Assembly: GCA_028534125.1 (NCBI GenBank)
Contig: CM052841.1
Location: 55,428,001 to 55,491,876 of the forward strand
Length of the DNA: 63,876 nucleotides
Direction: 5' to 3'
From: Lama glama
Lineage: Eukaryota
Shown here piece after piece: positions 50,401 through 62,524 of this stretch. Positions within the stretch are counted from its first letter, which is position 1. Each line of letters opens with the position of its first letter. The notes beneath the pieces are model-generated. The model ran no database searches. It saw nothing but the letters and a program-made list of their open reading frames with translations, and had not been told where the DNA came from. Position numbers and translations under genes: made by a program.

Positions 50401-51829
50401 CATGTATTTTTTTTTCTCTTACAACATCTGGCTGTCACAATTCATGCCACCTCCACCCTATTTCCTGAGCTACTTTTAAAAGTGCTACTGTTACCAGAGG
50501 TGGCATTGGTGATTCTATTCCCAAGGAAAGTAAGATCTTGGCTCTTGGCTCCGGCCCAGAGTTAGAAAGTAGCTTATTCTAAGACTCCTGGCCCTGATCT
50601 CAGCAACATTCGAGCTTCCACTACTTAAGGGTGGAAATAAACAATGCTAAGCTAAGGTTTCCTGCCGGGGCATTGTGAAGTTAAATTACTATTTTAAGAG
50701 GCTGTGAAGTTGGCAGCCAGAAAGCACTGGAAGTGTGGAAGATATTCATGATGCTGACAGATAAAGAAGGAGCGAAAGCAAAATGCAGGTTATTAAGGAG
50801 ATTTAAGAAGCTCCCATCCAGTGGCACCATTTATAACATCTCCCGGAACACACGTAAGATAGATGCCTTTCTCATTTAGGTGTCTACAGGACCGGATTGA
50901 GGGCAGGGCCTGTGTGACAGAAGGCTTAGAGATTTGCAGCAATGGACCTGGCCTAAGACAATGGAGACCAAGCGGCAATAATCTACTTTGATTTTAGGAA
51001 GCCACCAAGCTGCTAAGGGCTGGACGATGCCTTAGAGGGGTGGACGGAGGGAGGGCAGTTCAGTGGAAGGATGTTATGTTTAGTGTCTGCTAATGCAGGT
51101 TTGAGACCTAAGCAATTGTAAATCTGGATTCACCTCCAAGCCACAAGGCCCTCATCTGGAAAACGGAGAGACAAATTCCAACTTCAGAGTACGACTATGT
51201 TGAATAAGATAAAAATATGTTAAGATGTGCAAGCAGATGGTAAGATAAATGAAATAGAATGAGGAAGAGGGGAGTCGTGTGGAGGAGGATGATAAACACG
51301 GTTCACACGAGAGCATGCAGTCTGCTGTCAATCAGTCGCTCTTCCATAGGCACCTGCTGAACACCCTGGTCTTCTAGATTAGAAAACCAAGTCAAGAGGT
51401 ACAATGACATGGGCTGCAGCGGGCAGCGGGGACCACAACCAACTCGGACGCAGTTTGATCCTAAAGCGAAAAAAGCGTATATGTAAAAAAATGAGAAAGC
51501 GACCCGGACTATACTGGAGATGACTTTCAGCTCTGATGGTCGATGATCGTGACGCATGGTAAGATAAAGAATAAAAAAAAATCTGCCTCAATCACTTTGC
51601 ATCTTTCAATGCCTTTTCCCATTCTCTCAGTGTCTTCCCTCGTGGCTGGTATCACACTGCCACATTAGGCGACAGGGGATTGGTAAAAATGACTGAGAAA
51701 GCTCGTTTGCAAAGCAGTGCCATGAACTAGTGATAATCTCTTTCCTAACAGACATTCTCAGTTGGGGAACGTACCTGGGGCGTGGGCAACATTTCATCAA
51801 ATGCAACAGGGTAGAGTAATAATAAAAAA

Positions 51830-52065
51830 ATCAGTAATGGTTACATTTATATAATATGGATGATCTGACGGGCATGGTTCAAAGCACCTATCATATAAAC
51901 CCATTAAAACCCCACAATATCTCCATGAGGAGGGACCACAGTTATCCTCATTTTACAGATGAGGAAACCGGCACAGAGGCATTAGGTAATCCAGCCAAGG
52001 TCTCAGAGCTAGCCAGTGGCAGAGCTGTTCAAATTCCGGCATTCACGCTTCCAACCACCACACTT
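51830..52065 (-). mobile_element. MIR SINE
   Basis: tatcctcattttacagatgaggaaaccggcacagag...ccaaggtctcagagctagccagtggcagagc. Confidence 0.9.
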
Positions 52066-52099
52066 TCAAGTGGGACAGAGATAGTACAAATCCTCAACA

Positions 52100-52300
52100 C
52101 ATTATAGACCCAGTGTGTGACCTTGGACAAGCGTCACCACGGCACTACATCCTGGTCTCCTCATCTCTAGAACGGGGGATGATACCACCTCTGCATGAGC
52201 TTGCTGAGAACACTGGACAAGATATCCCCATCACGTACCCACGACCACACAAAGAATATGTCACATGCTTGGCACAGATACTGCCCCGCTTCAAGAATGG
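52100..52300 (+). mobile_element. MIR SINE
   Basis: gtgtgaccttggacaagcgtcac...tcctcatctctagaacgggggatgata. Confidence 0.8.
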
Positions 52301-54929
52301 TTTTATAACTGTGATACTTCAGCCATTTCCAAATATTGTGGGCGAAGACCCTTCCAGATCTCAAGTTCTATCCTATGCTCTGCCTAAATGTGTGATTCCC
52401 ACTGTCAGGAATGAGAGGAGAGGGCAGCTAAAACCGTGGCTGATCTAGGAATATTTTCCAGTATCACTTGTGAGGCTTCATTGGAATTTAAATGACGCTG
52501 TCCTGTTGATATGCATTCAGAATAAAATTCTTTATGACCTCTCTCAGTTCTCCCTTCCCTTGGCCATCTCTGGTGTTGGCATTGCACAAGGACCACTTCA
52601 TCTCAAAGAATCGTGCCTCCAAAATTTATCCCAACAGAAAAACCGTATTACCACCCCCTCCAGGTAATCCACTTTCCAGTCTTTCCCCACACTCCCAAAC
52701 ATACCTGAAGTGCTGATTTTCTTTTTTTAATGACTCCTATGCTTTGCGCAGACACTTTTATAGTTCCAGCTAAGCCTCCTTGGAGATCCCTCCCGCATCG
52801 TGTGTCTGTAAACTCAGAGCCCATCAAATTCCATGAGGAATTTAGCTTATCCACCACCATGGAAACCAAAATGTACCTACTTAAAGCAGATGTCTCTGTC
52901 ACAATTCTCAGAATGCTCTTCCAGATCGATCTTGGGGTTTCTGGAATCCTGAGGGATACCAGGGCCCGCTAATAATTCATCCATGTACGAACTAACCCCT
53001 TGGAAGTCCGGGTCCTCTAAAAAGCAACTGTATCCTAGATGTTTGCCCTTCCTCCATCCGAATCCACTTGTAATCCATAACTTAGCTGCTCCACATTACC
53101 CCCAGGGTCCATTATTTCTCAGAGAGGTTCCCACTGGTTCATTTGCAGGACCGTTGAAAGGCTAGATAAATCACATCTCAGAGACCCCTTGAGGCCAGTA
53201 CTGGGTTAACCCCTACAAAGGGTTCTAGCTGTTCAGATGGGCCGTTTACTTGGAGCCCTGCTGCTCTGACCTTTGCAGTTTACATAAAAACGATTGCATC
53301 TTGCTTTTGTTAATTGCCTTTTGAATCTACCTCCTCCCCCTTGTGGGGGTGGGGTGGGGAATACAGTCTCTTAGCTGTTCCCAAGATGGCCCTGACTTTG
53401 TTGTAGGCAGCTCTGCCTCCTGTGCGAAAATCTCCACAAATGGAGATCAAGATTTGTTCAGAAAGATATATTCAGAGTCTGCACCAGGCTTTCTATTCTT
53501 ATGAGTGTCCTCCAGGGGATAGCAGACAGGACAGGTAATTGATCGCTCTTAACTTTCTCACACCCAGTCTTGTTCAGTCTATTCTCCTGAAGGCCACCTG
53601 CAATCTCCAAAAGATCATTCCTTTGAGAGACAAAGATCCCCCTCACCTTCATAAGCAAAAAAGAAATTAATTTCACTTTCCCTCAGCCTCATTATCTTCT
53701 TAATTGTCTACTCTGCCCCCTCAGTAGCAAGGACTGTCTATGGATTTCTAAGCAGCCTTTTTAGGCTTCTACGTTCCAGGAGGACAGTGGGTTTGACATA
53801 ACCCCATAATCACATCGATATGAAGAGTTACAAGAATGGCACACCTGTCCCACTCAACTATCCTGTCTTGAGTCACAGTCTGTGCCCTGCGGTCCGACAT
53901 CTTTTTGATGTGCTCATTTTCAAGAAGTCGTCTAAACCTTATGATGACGCGTGGCCATAATGCATGGGTCTCGCTCTGCTTTTACAAAAACTTCGTCATG
54001 GTCATGCGTCATTTCCATAGAGCCGGGCACACCCCTTCAGGAAGGCAGGCCACTGTTGGGTCCTTCTCAATTTGCAGAAAGCAAGCCCAGAGAGGGGCAG
54101 GTATGTTCTTAAGGTGGTCCAGATATACAGTGGTAAGAGCCAGGACTAGAACCAGGTGCCTTGAGTCCCTGTGCTCTTAGTACATGAAACTTGGAATTAA
54201 TGAGGATATGAAATGAAAAGATGTGGTCTCTGATCTCCAACACCTTAGAATCATGGTCATCCCCCCTACCCCCACAGCACCCACCATCTCCATCTCTGTG
54301 TCTTCCTCTAATCTTCCCCCTCTCCAAACTCTCACAGAACTTCTGAGAGGGCAATTAGCCGTCCACCACAAATGAGAATTATTTATGGATTTGTAGACCT
54401 CCTCTCCTCCTGTTAGGATTCATCACCACACCCCTTAAGTCAGTTTCTTCAAGGCCTTCCCCAGACAAGATATGCAATAAATATGTGCTGATCCAAAGTG
54501 ATGAATTTGAGCTTTCATCCTATTTCCCCAGTATTCATTTCAATTACCTTCTCCCCAGGTATTCATTCATTCTCCTCCTCCCCTTCTCTCCACTTCCACC
54601 CTCCAGGTTTCTCCCCTTCTCTTCAACTTGGGGTATTTCCAGAGTGTGCAGCCCTCAGAGAAGGACTAGAAATTAAGATTAGAAGAATTCCTTGACATGA
54701 CTGATTAAAAGCGGACACGATGAAAACCCAGCAGGAGTCCTTGGTGATGAGCTTCTGTCAATCTCCAGATTCTCCTCTGCTCGCTGCTCGGAATCCTACT
54801 TCCTAAGCAGGGAGATTTCCAAGGAGAGCTGTCTAGACTTTTCATCCCTCATCTTGAGCAAAGCCTCTGTGATCTGGCCTCTGCTTCCTTTTCTTATTTT
54901 CACCCCGTGACATGCTCCTTCTCATTCAA

Positions 54930-55565
54930 AAGCTTCAGCCACGCTCTCCCTTAGATTTCCTAAGCCTGATTCTGCTTACTGACCTCTTCATTGTTTTTTC
55001 TCTCTGCCTCCAATACTCCTTCCCTACAGAACCACATGGCTGGCCCCTTCTCACTTAAATCCTAGCACTAATGCCACTCCCTTAGACATGTCTTTCCCTG
55101 ATGACCCTATGCAAAGTAACATGGCCTGCATTCCTTTCTAGCCTATTACCCCCAATTATTATTTGCCTGACATTTACTATTCCATGAAACTATTTGGCAC
55201 ATCTACTTGTTCACTCACTTATCAGCAATCTCCCCCTACTAGACAATGAGCTGCATGAGAAACAGGACCATGTTCAGGCTAATTTTCTAACATCCAGATC
55301 TGGGCCATTCAATACAGGAGCCGCTACCCACATACACTATTTAATTTAAAATAAAAATTAAATACGATTAAAAGCCCATTTATCAGTAACCCTAGCCATG
55401 TCTCAAGTGTTCAGCCATCACCTGTGGTTAGCGGCTACCATATTGGACAGCACAGGGACCACATCCAGCATCACAGAATGTTCTTTGTGGCAGCACTGGT
55501 CCATAGCAATGTTTGAAAAACAGTAGGCAGCCAATAAATATTTTCCGAATCAAGAAAGGAATGAA
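54930..55565 (+). mobile_element. L2a 3' end, interrupted by MER3
   Basis: cacatggctggccccttc...tctccccctactagacaatgagctgcatgag...cagtaggcagccaataaatatt..gaat. Confidence 0.75.
55298..55498 (-). mobile_element. MER3/MER33 (hAT-Charlie)
   Basis: caatacaggagccgcta.ccacat...ctagccatgtctcaagtgttca...gtggttagcggctaccatattggacagcacag. Confidence 0.85.
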
Positions 55566-56124
55566 TGGCCCTTTTAATCCTCATTCAGCTTCAGGACACC
55601 CTCTCCCTTTTGTGGCTTACTCCATAAGCGAGATGAACTGGACAATGCTCAAAGGGCAATGCTGAGCTTGGTGAGGGGTGTGAAAGGATTTTTACAGGAG
55701 ACAGGGCTGTGAAAACAGGCCTATTGAGTCTGGAAGACAATACTTGTGGTTGCAAAACTGGAAAAGAATTACAATGTTGTATGATTTTAGAGACTTATGG
55801 ACAGAAGTCAGATTTAGCATCAAGGTAAGAAAACATTTCAACAAAATGCTCCCTCGGCAACATACGCTGGTTTGTGTGGCCAAGAGTTGACTGTTGCTAA
55901 AAGTACCAAAAATGAGACTGAATGGCCATGTTTCATGGATATTCCAAAAAGGATTCTTGATTCTTGAATAAGGAGAGAGGGTTGGTTATAGTGAAACCTT
56001 AAAACACTGAGATTCTTTGATGAATGTTAGGAAACATGAATTTCAAAGAGTTAATAATATGCCCACAGCTATTCCTAGCATCTCCTGAAAAACCCAATCC
56101 TGTTGGCCATCCACAATGGTTATC

Positions 56125-56310
56125 ATTAACCATCAGTGGTTCAATGGAAAGAGCAGAGATGCTGAAGCAAGAACTGAGGTTCAAATTCTAGCTCTGTTGG
56201 TTATGTGACCTTGGGCAAGGGATCTAGCCATCCTGAGCTGCACTTTCCTCTTCCATAAAGGGGTCTGTATCTGCCTCATTGGTTGGAAGGAAGATGAAAT
56301 GGGACCAAAC
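56125..56310 (+). mobile_element. MIR SINE
   Basis: atggaaagagca...ggttcaaattctagctctg...tgtgaccttgggcaag. Confidence 0.85.
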
Positions 56311-58025
56311 TTAAAGATCCTTGAACACAGCAGGGTAACGTTCCCTTCCAGGCAGGGTATAAGTTGACCTGTCTGTATCATCACTGGTACCCTGACATTG
56401 TCGGCATAGGCGGCGTAATTTTGAAGCCATGATTTCATTGCTTTGAGTGAATATGAAATAATTGCCAGAAAGAGATAGAGTGAAAGAGAGAGAGAAATTG
56501 AGGTTGCTGATGAGACTCAAGTTCAGTCGTAACAGCAAAGGTTTCTAGAGCAACTACTTTTTGCCAGTCCCTGGGGATAAAGAGGTACTCCGAAGATCTT
56601 AGGCCACATTGAACAGGGCAAGCGAGACGTATGCCCGCAGAGTTATAAAACAGGGAGAAGAGAGACACAAGCTAAAATCGAGTTTCAGACAAAATTATAC
56701 GATAGGACAGGGTAGAAGGAGATTCATTACAAAATAAGATTTGGAGATGGCTTCTTGGAAGGGTCCTTTGAGCTGGATGCTGAGATAGAATTTTTAGAAT
56801 TTTCAAAAGGTGAGGCGGACATTGGGAGAGGGAGGAGAGAAAGTCCTACAGGGGTTCCTTGCAGAAAGGGCTCGAATGGGGAAACAGTGAGGGGAATTAT
56901 TTGGAGAGTGACGTGTGAAGGCCTGTCCCCTTCACATGACCCCCGTCTTGGCTCTCGTGTAATTACCAGGAGTTCGGGGGCCAGTCTGTTAACCTTTGGA
57001 TTTCAGCAAGGGGAGAGCAGGGAGAGGAAGAAGGGTAGGAGATGTCTACCCAGTGACCTGTTCAGGTACCTGGGGTTTCTTCTAAGGAAGTGGGAGGGGG
57101 CAAGCTAGAGGACGCAAGTCAGAAGACGCCTCCTCACACAACTGAAGGCCCCTTGGGCAGAGACCTTTCTAGGGAAATAGAGGCTTTGGGGTCAGAAGCA
57201 TAAGCTCTTGTAAGCACTACGAAGGAGATGTTTCATTTGGACTGACCAGGGTCGGGGGGACTGTTTTTATGGTCTCCGCCTGTACAATTTCAAATATATC
57301 CCTTGCAGCCTGAGCTGGACTGTCTAAACTCAACAGGGGCCCAACAGCTGATCTGGAATCTCTGAGCCGTTTCTCCTTGGTTGGAATGGAGTCACAGCTC
57401 CCCCTTCTGGGAGCTAAAGTGCCAACCAGCCCCAGAAAAGCCTGCGTGGAAAGGCTCTATAGCACATGGGCCTGAAACTCCCACGATTTTTCTCCATGCT
57501 CGCCCGCACCCCTAAACGAGCATCTAGGAGTCCGGGAGCAGACTTTCGCGTGGGCCTGGTTCTGACTTCTCAAGAGCGCATCTTTCAAGGGCTTTATGTT
57601 TCTCCCTCCTTGGAGCTATGAGGCCCAGTCTTCGTGTGGGTGATGTTTTTCTAAAGGGGAACGCGACGTGGTGCAGAGAGGGCAATTCCCTTCTGGGGGA
57701 CTACAGCAAGTAGACAGGAGTTCTGAATCTGCATGAGCATACGTAAGTGCACGTCTGCGTGTGTGCACGTGCGAGCTCCTGTGACGGGAATACATATGGC
57801 TGGATAGGGGTAAGAGTCTCATGAATAGAAAGAAATGAGTTTGCCTGAAGTATTTACATGGATAGATGGGTGTACACTTGGCTCTCTGGAAAGCAAAGTG
57901 TTTTTTAATAAAGAGCTCAGGTACAGTCCAGATGCTCTGCTGGCTTCTGTCTGCCAGTCACGGTCAGTATTGGGTCCCTGCCCGTATGTAATTCTCTGAA
58001 GGCACTGGAGAAAGAATGTATGTTC

Positions 58026-58075
58026 TGTGTGTGTGTGTGTGTGTCTGTCTGTCTGTCTGTCTGTCTCTGCCTGTC
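58026..58075. repeat. (TG)n(TCTG)n microsatellite
   Basis: Directly visible. Confidence 0.95.
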
Positions 58076-58689
58076 TAATGGGGGGCATGACTAAGACATT
58101 GGACCCTTTCTCTCCAGGTCACGTTTCCAAACGGAGAAGCTTTGAAATGCATCTCTGAAATGAGAAGTTTGTGGAGGGGAGACAAACGATGATCTTGGAT
58201 GGGAATGGTGGTAGGGCAGGGGTGGAGAGCAATCTGTAGCCCCCTGGGCAGTGTGGCAGAGCAGAAAGGACACTGCTCTGGGTGTCAGGCATCACAGTTC
58301 TAGCCCCGGGCATCCCACTGCCTCACTAGAGAACATTGGGGAGTTCTCATGTCCTCTCAGGCTACAGAGCCCTGCCTGTCTGCTCTTTAATATTCCTTCC
58401 AGCTTCGACTGTCTATGAATTGAAAAAGAGAGAAAACGAGAGCAGTTCCTAACATGGGGTCTCGTCCTCTGCCTTCACACACCCCACCCAAAATGAACTA
58501 GGGACCTCTGCTCTGACATGAGTTTCCCGAAGCAGATTCCTTGTGGCCGTGTGACAGCTTCAGTCTGTAAGGTATCAGCCTCTGGCCAGAGAATGGTGTG
58601 TCTGCAAGTGCTTGCAGGTAGCACCGTCACCCACCAGCCAGGGCAGGTTCCTGCAAACACATGTTTGCTTTTATCTCTCCCAGAAGATA

Positions 58690-58742
58690 AATATATACAT
58701 ATATATACATATATACATATATATATATATATACATATGTGT
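58690..58742. repeat. (TA)n/(TACA) microsatellite
   Basis: Directly visible. Confidence 0.95.
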
Positions 58743-58888
58743 ATTTTTTAAGACAAGTATATTTCTACTTTTTTTCCCTAAAAGGCTTTTTCAGTGGCCC
58801 CTTCCTGCCAAGGTAGACAGGCGTCTGTATCCCAGCGTCTCAGCTCTTGTCCTCCCGAGCCTCGCTGCCTAAGAGCAGAACGGCTGCC

Positions 58889-59028
58889 NNNNNNNNNNNN
58901 NNNNNNNNNNNNNNNNNNNNNNNNNNNNNNNNNNNNNNNNNNNNNNNNNNNNNNNNNNNNNNNNNNNNNNNNNNNNNNNNNNNNNNNNNNNNNNNNNNNN
59001 NNNNNNNNNNNNNNNNNNNNNNNNNNNN
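58889..59028. other. Assembly gap (140 N)
   Basis: N-run. Confidence 1.
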
Positions 59029-59056
59029 GCAGGACCTAGCCAGGGTGGCCAAGGGG

Positions 59057-59065
59057 ACTTACCTC
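59057..59065 (-). other. Strong 5' splice donor GAG|GTAAGT (candidate alternative first or second exon ending at 59063)
   Basis: Plus-strand acttacctc; CpG-containing surroundings at the island shore. Confidence 0.4.
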
Positions 59066-59289
59066 GAGAACCTCCGAAGGGGCGGAGGAAAGAGGAAAGA
59101 GGGACATGACCCGAACTGTCTTCCTTACGGGGATTCTTCCCTCCACCCCCGTGCCCTTGGCAGTATATTAGAACCAAGCAAGAGATGTGAGGTGCAAATT
59201 AACAGCAGTTTAAGTCAGTTACCGCCACATTCTACCATGAGTTCCCCACCCACAACCGGTTCCCAAATTGTAGGTCTCCCTCAGCATTG

Positions 59290-59291
<2 letters not shown>

Positions 59292-59330
<39 letters not shown>
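59292..59330. repeat. (CA)n microsatellite, about 19 units
   Basis: Directly visible. Confidence 0.95.
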
Positions 59331-59331
<1 letters not shown>

Positions 59332-60079
59332 CCCGCCGCTCTGCCTTCTCCCAGTATCCTCCTAAGTCCAGTGGAGCCATGAGGAGGCACAGTTTAGGAG
59401 GACATTCTCTTGGGGCCCCCCAAGCCTGCCTGAAATGGGGAAGGGAAGGAGGAATCTGCCTTAGGGAAGTACCCCTTCCATCTCCTTCCGTATTACCCCG
59501 AGCTGCCCCCAAATGAAATTTCCTCTGCAATTCTGTGTAACTATGATGGATGAGCAAGTCCCCGAGGACTCTTTCTCCTCTCCCTTGAAGGGGTTGCATG
59601 CAAACTTGCCCAGATCCACCCCAAGAGCACCAGAAGCAGGAGGTACTGTTATGCTGTTGTGATTACGAGCCGAGAGAGGCAGGGCAGACTCTATCCTAGA
59701 CTTGCCAAGCCCCAGATGAGTCCACTGCTGACTTCTCTCTTTCTGTCACCCACTACCCAGTGACTCCAAATTCCCATCAGAATCCTGGAGTCTGCCCAGT
59801 GTGGGATTTAAAGTGACAGTGTCTCATTGCCTCAGGGTTTGGCCATTTCTCCTTCATATTAAACGATGAGTCCAAGTGTAGCAGATCTCCATCATTTGGA
59901 AAAATTTTCCTTCAAGGGTTCCAGTATTGGGCTAAATAAGGTACCATCCCGAGCCCCATAATCCTCCCCAAATCCCAAGCCCAGAGCCCCAAGAGGAGCC
60001 CACAGCGGGTTTCCCGATGGCTACGTGATCCTATAATAAGGATCCCATTCTGTGGAAGCTGGAGAGATCTAATTAAAAA

Positions 60080-60290
60080 GACACACAAGCGCACACATAC
60101 AAACACATACGTACAAACATGCACGCGCACACACACGCACACACACACACAAACCGTGCCTTAAGTAGGTTATAGGACCTCTCTTCACCCCCTTGCCTAC
60201 ACAATCACACACACACCCACACACACACCACAAACACACGCATCGAACGCAAACGACGCCGCACACGCAAACACACACACCACCACATCA
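60080..60290. repeat. Degenerate (CA)n tracts at the CpG-island edge
   Basis: cacacaagcgcacacatac...cacacacacaaa... Confidence 0.85.
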
Positions 60291-60548
60291 AGTTCCCACC
60301 ATGGTACACACGTCGGGAGCGCGCGGGGAGCGCACACGCCACTTACTAAGACCCTCACTTAACCCTTCGAGCCCCAGAATAGAGAGACATCCCCCCCCCC
60401 ACTCCGACCCTTCCTCCCGGGAACCTGGGAGGACTCGCTGGCGGCGGGGCGGCCGGGGGAAGCGCGGAAGGGAGCCGGGAGGGGGAGGGGCGGCGCGGCG
60501 GGGGCGCCCCGAATGCGGTCCGGGGCGGTCTCCAAGGGCAGAGGGGCT

Positions 60549-60840
60549 NNNNNNNNNNNNNNNNNNNNNNNNNNNNNNNNNNNNNNNNNNNNNNNNNNNN
60601 NNNNNNNNNNNNNNNNNNNNNNNNNNNNNNNNNNNNNNNNNNNNNNNNNNNNNNNNNNNNNNNNNNNNNNNNNNNNNNNNNNNNNNNNNNNNNNNNNNNN
60701 NNNNNNNNNNNNNNNNNNNNNNNNNNNNNNNNNNNNNNNNNNNNNNNNNNNNNNNNNNNNNNNNNNNNNNNNNNNNNNNNNNNNNNNNNNNNNNNNNNNN
60801 NNNNNNNNNNNNNNNNNNNNNNNNNNNNNNNNNNNNNNNN
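60549..60840. other. Assembly gap (292 N) inside the CpG island
   Basis: N-run. Confidence 1.
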
Positions 60841-61022
60841 CGCTCTCTCCCCCTCTCGCTCGTCCGCTCGCCTGCGCTTTCCTCCTCCCCCCGCGCCAGA
60901 TCAGTTCGCAGCCGTGGGGCCCGGGAGCGAGGCGGCTGGCGAATGGAGAGGGAAGTCCAAGTGCGCCGCGGTCTCCGGGCGGGGAGCAGCGGAGGCCGGG
61001 CTACGCGGGGGGAGGGACTTAC

Positions 61023-61170
61023 CCGGCGACGGGCGAAAATGAATGGGGGAGCGGCTGCCGGGGGGCGGGCAGGGAGGAGCCAGGAGCCGGGGTCTATTCT
61101 GAGGAGTGTTTTGTACATCTTTAGGCGGAGGAGGAGAGAAGAGAGGACCAGAGAGAGAACGGAGGCCTCC
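61023..61170 (-). other. Candidate first exon of an unidentified large gene (5' boundary approximate)
   Basis: Consensus donor CGG|GTAAGT (GT at 61022-61021) inside the CpG island; pyrimidine-rich 5' leader; ATG at 61118 with A at -3, open through the donor. Confidence 0.55.
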
Positions 61171-61939
61171 TCCGAGGGAGGGGCGGCCTGGGTGGCCCGA
61201 GGCTGAGCCACAGGGGAGTCTCGTGGGTCTGGGAATAGGGCGGCGTGTCTCCGAGTCCGAGCGCCCAAAGGGACTGCGTGTGGCTTGTGTGCGCGGACCC
61301 CTGCATCGTGATGCTCCTAAGTGTGTCTGTAGCTGTGTGCGTCGCGAGTATCTGAGTGTTTCTGGGTATGCGGGTGCTTGTGTGTCTCTGCGTGTCTATC
61401 CGAGTACGGTTTTGTCTGGGGAGGTGCCCGTATCGGTCCGCTTGTGTCTGCTTGTCTCCCCGTGAGTACTTAACACTGTTTGTTTCTCTGTATGTGTAGG
61501 CATGAGCCCACGTAATCTCCCAGAATTAAGCAACTGCTTCTCTACGTGGGCAGGATGTAGGAGTGAGAAGCTGAGGGGACGCAAAGTTCTCTCGGTACCG
61601 CCAGAGGCAGGAAAGGGGCGAGGGTACGGGGGCTAAGGCATTAACACAGAGAACCAAATATACTGAATTTAGCCTCAGATGCTGGCTGGGGTTGCTGACA
61701 CGGGGCCTCTCCCTAAAGCAGAAAAGAAGGCCAGAACACAGTCTGAAGTCTCACAGTGCATTTTCTGTATGTTTGCTTACTTTGTTTTCTTTCTTTTTTA
61801 AAATTTAAACCAAATCAGCCACGAAGGTTCTTAGTTCCTGGAAGCTCAGGCAAGGGTAGGTGGCATCAGTGCAGGTGGCAGATAAAGGGGCAGGGAACAA
61901 AACAAGAAAAAAGTGATGATAAATTTAAAGGAGCCCAGA

Positions 61940-62210
61940 TTCTGTAAAAGCGCAGGCTCCAGACTGTGTAGAATCCTGTAACTGTGTAATCTTGGCCGAA
62001 TAGCTTACCTCTTAAGCCTCAATTCTTCACTGGTATAATAGGATAATGTAGCTATCTAACATGTGTAATAGGACAATATACCTGTCTAACATGGTTGGTG
62101 TAAAATTTAAATAAGCATTGTATGTAAAATAATTTAGAATTCTCCCAGGCACCTGTGAATGCTCAAATCATGTTATGTGTAATTATGATTGGTATTGTTA
62201 TTAATGTTAT
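61940..62210 (+). mobile_element. MIR SINE with an internal 30-bp duplication
   Basis: ctgtgtaatcttggcc...aagcctcaatt...tatgtaaaa..atttagaa...gctcaaat; duplicated unit at 62036-62095. Confidence 0.8.
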
Positions 62211-62524
62211 TATTATCCAAAGGGTGATAGGAGAGAGATGTGATAACTATGGAGACCCAGAAGGATCTAGGGGCTAGTGAGTTAGAGGAAGATGAGTCTT
62301 GAAACAAAATGGAAGAGACATTCTTGAGCGAAGAATTGAAAACTTGAGAAAAATTGTTTTAGTTGACAAGGAGGGAAGGGAAAAGAGAGGAGGAGAGAGA
62401 AGATAACCAAATGAGCCTGGTCAGAGCAGCGCATGGCTGAGGAGGGGAGGGTGGAAAAGAGGGGAGCAGGAGCCATTTCAAAGCCGCTCTCTGCTGTCCT
62501 CAACTCTGCTCCTAAGGACGGGTA

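Larger units (their letters stand above)
60230..61460. promoter_or_regulatory. CpG island / promoter of a minus-strand gene
   Basis: Sharp rise in GC and CpG density; GC boxes (ggggcgg); G-rich tracts; assembly gap in the most GC-rich core. Confidence 0.85.

Noticed and set aside
56907-56940. Short inverted repeat gtgtgaagg...ccttcacat (miRNA-like hairpin?)
   Set aside because: The stem is only about 9 bp, too short for a pre-miRNA and expected by chance.
60193-61268. 337-aa, 326-aa and 203-aa ORFs across the CpG island
   Set aside because: They span a 292-N gap and GC-rich, stop-poor sequence with low-complexity R/G/P content; the minus-strand frame also crosses a consensus donor.
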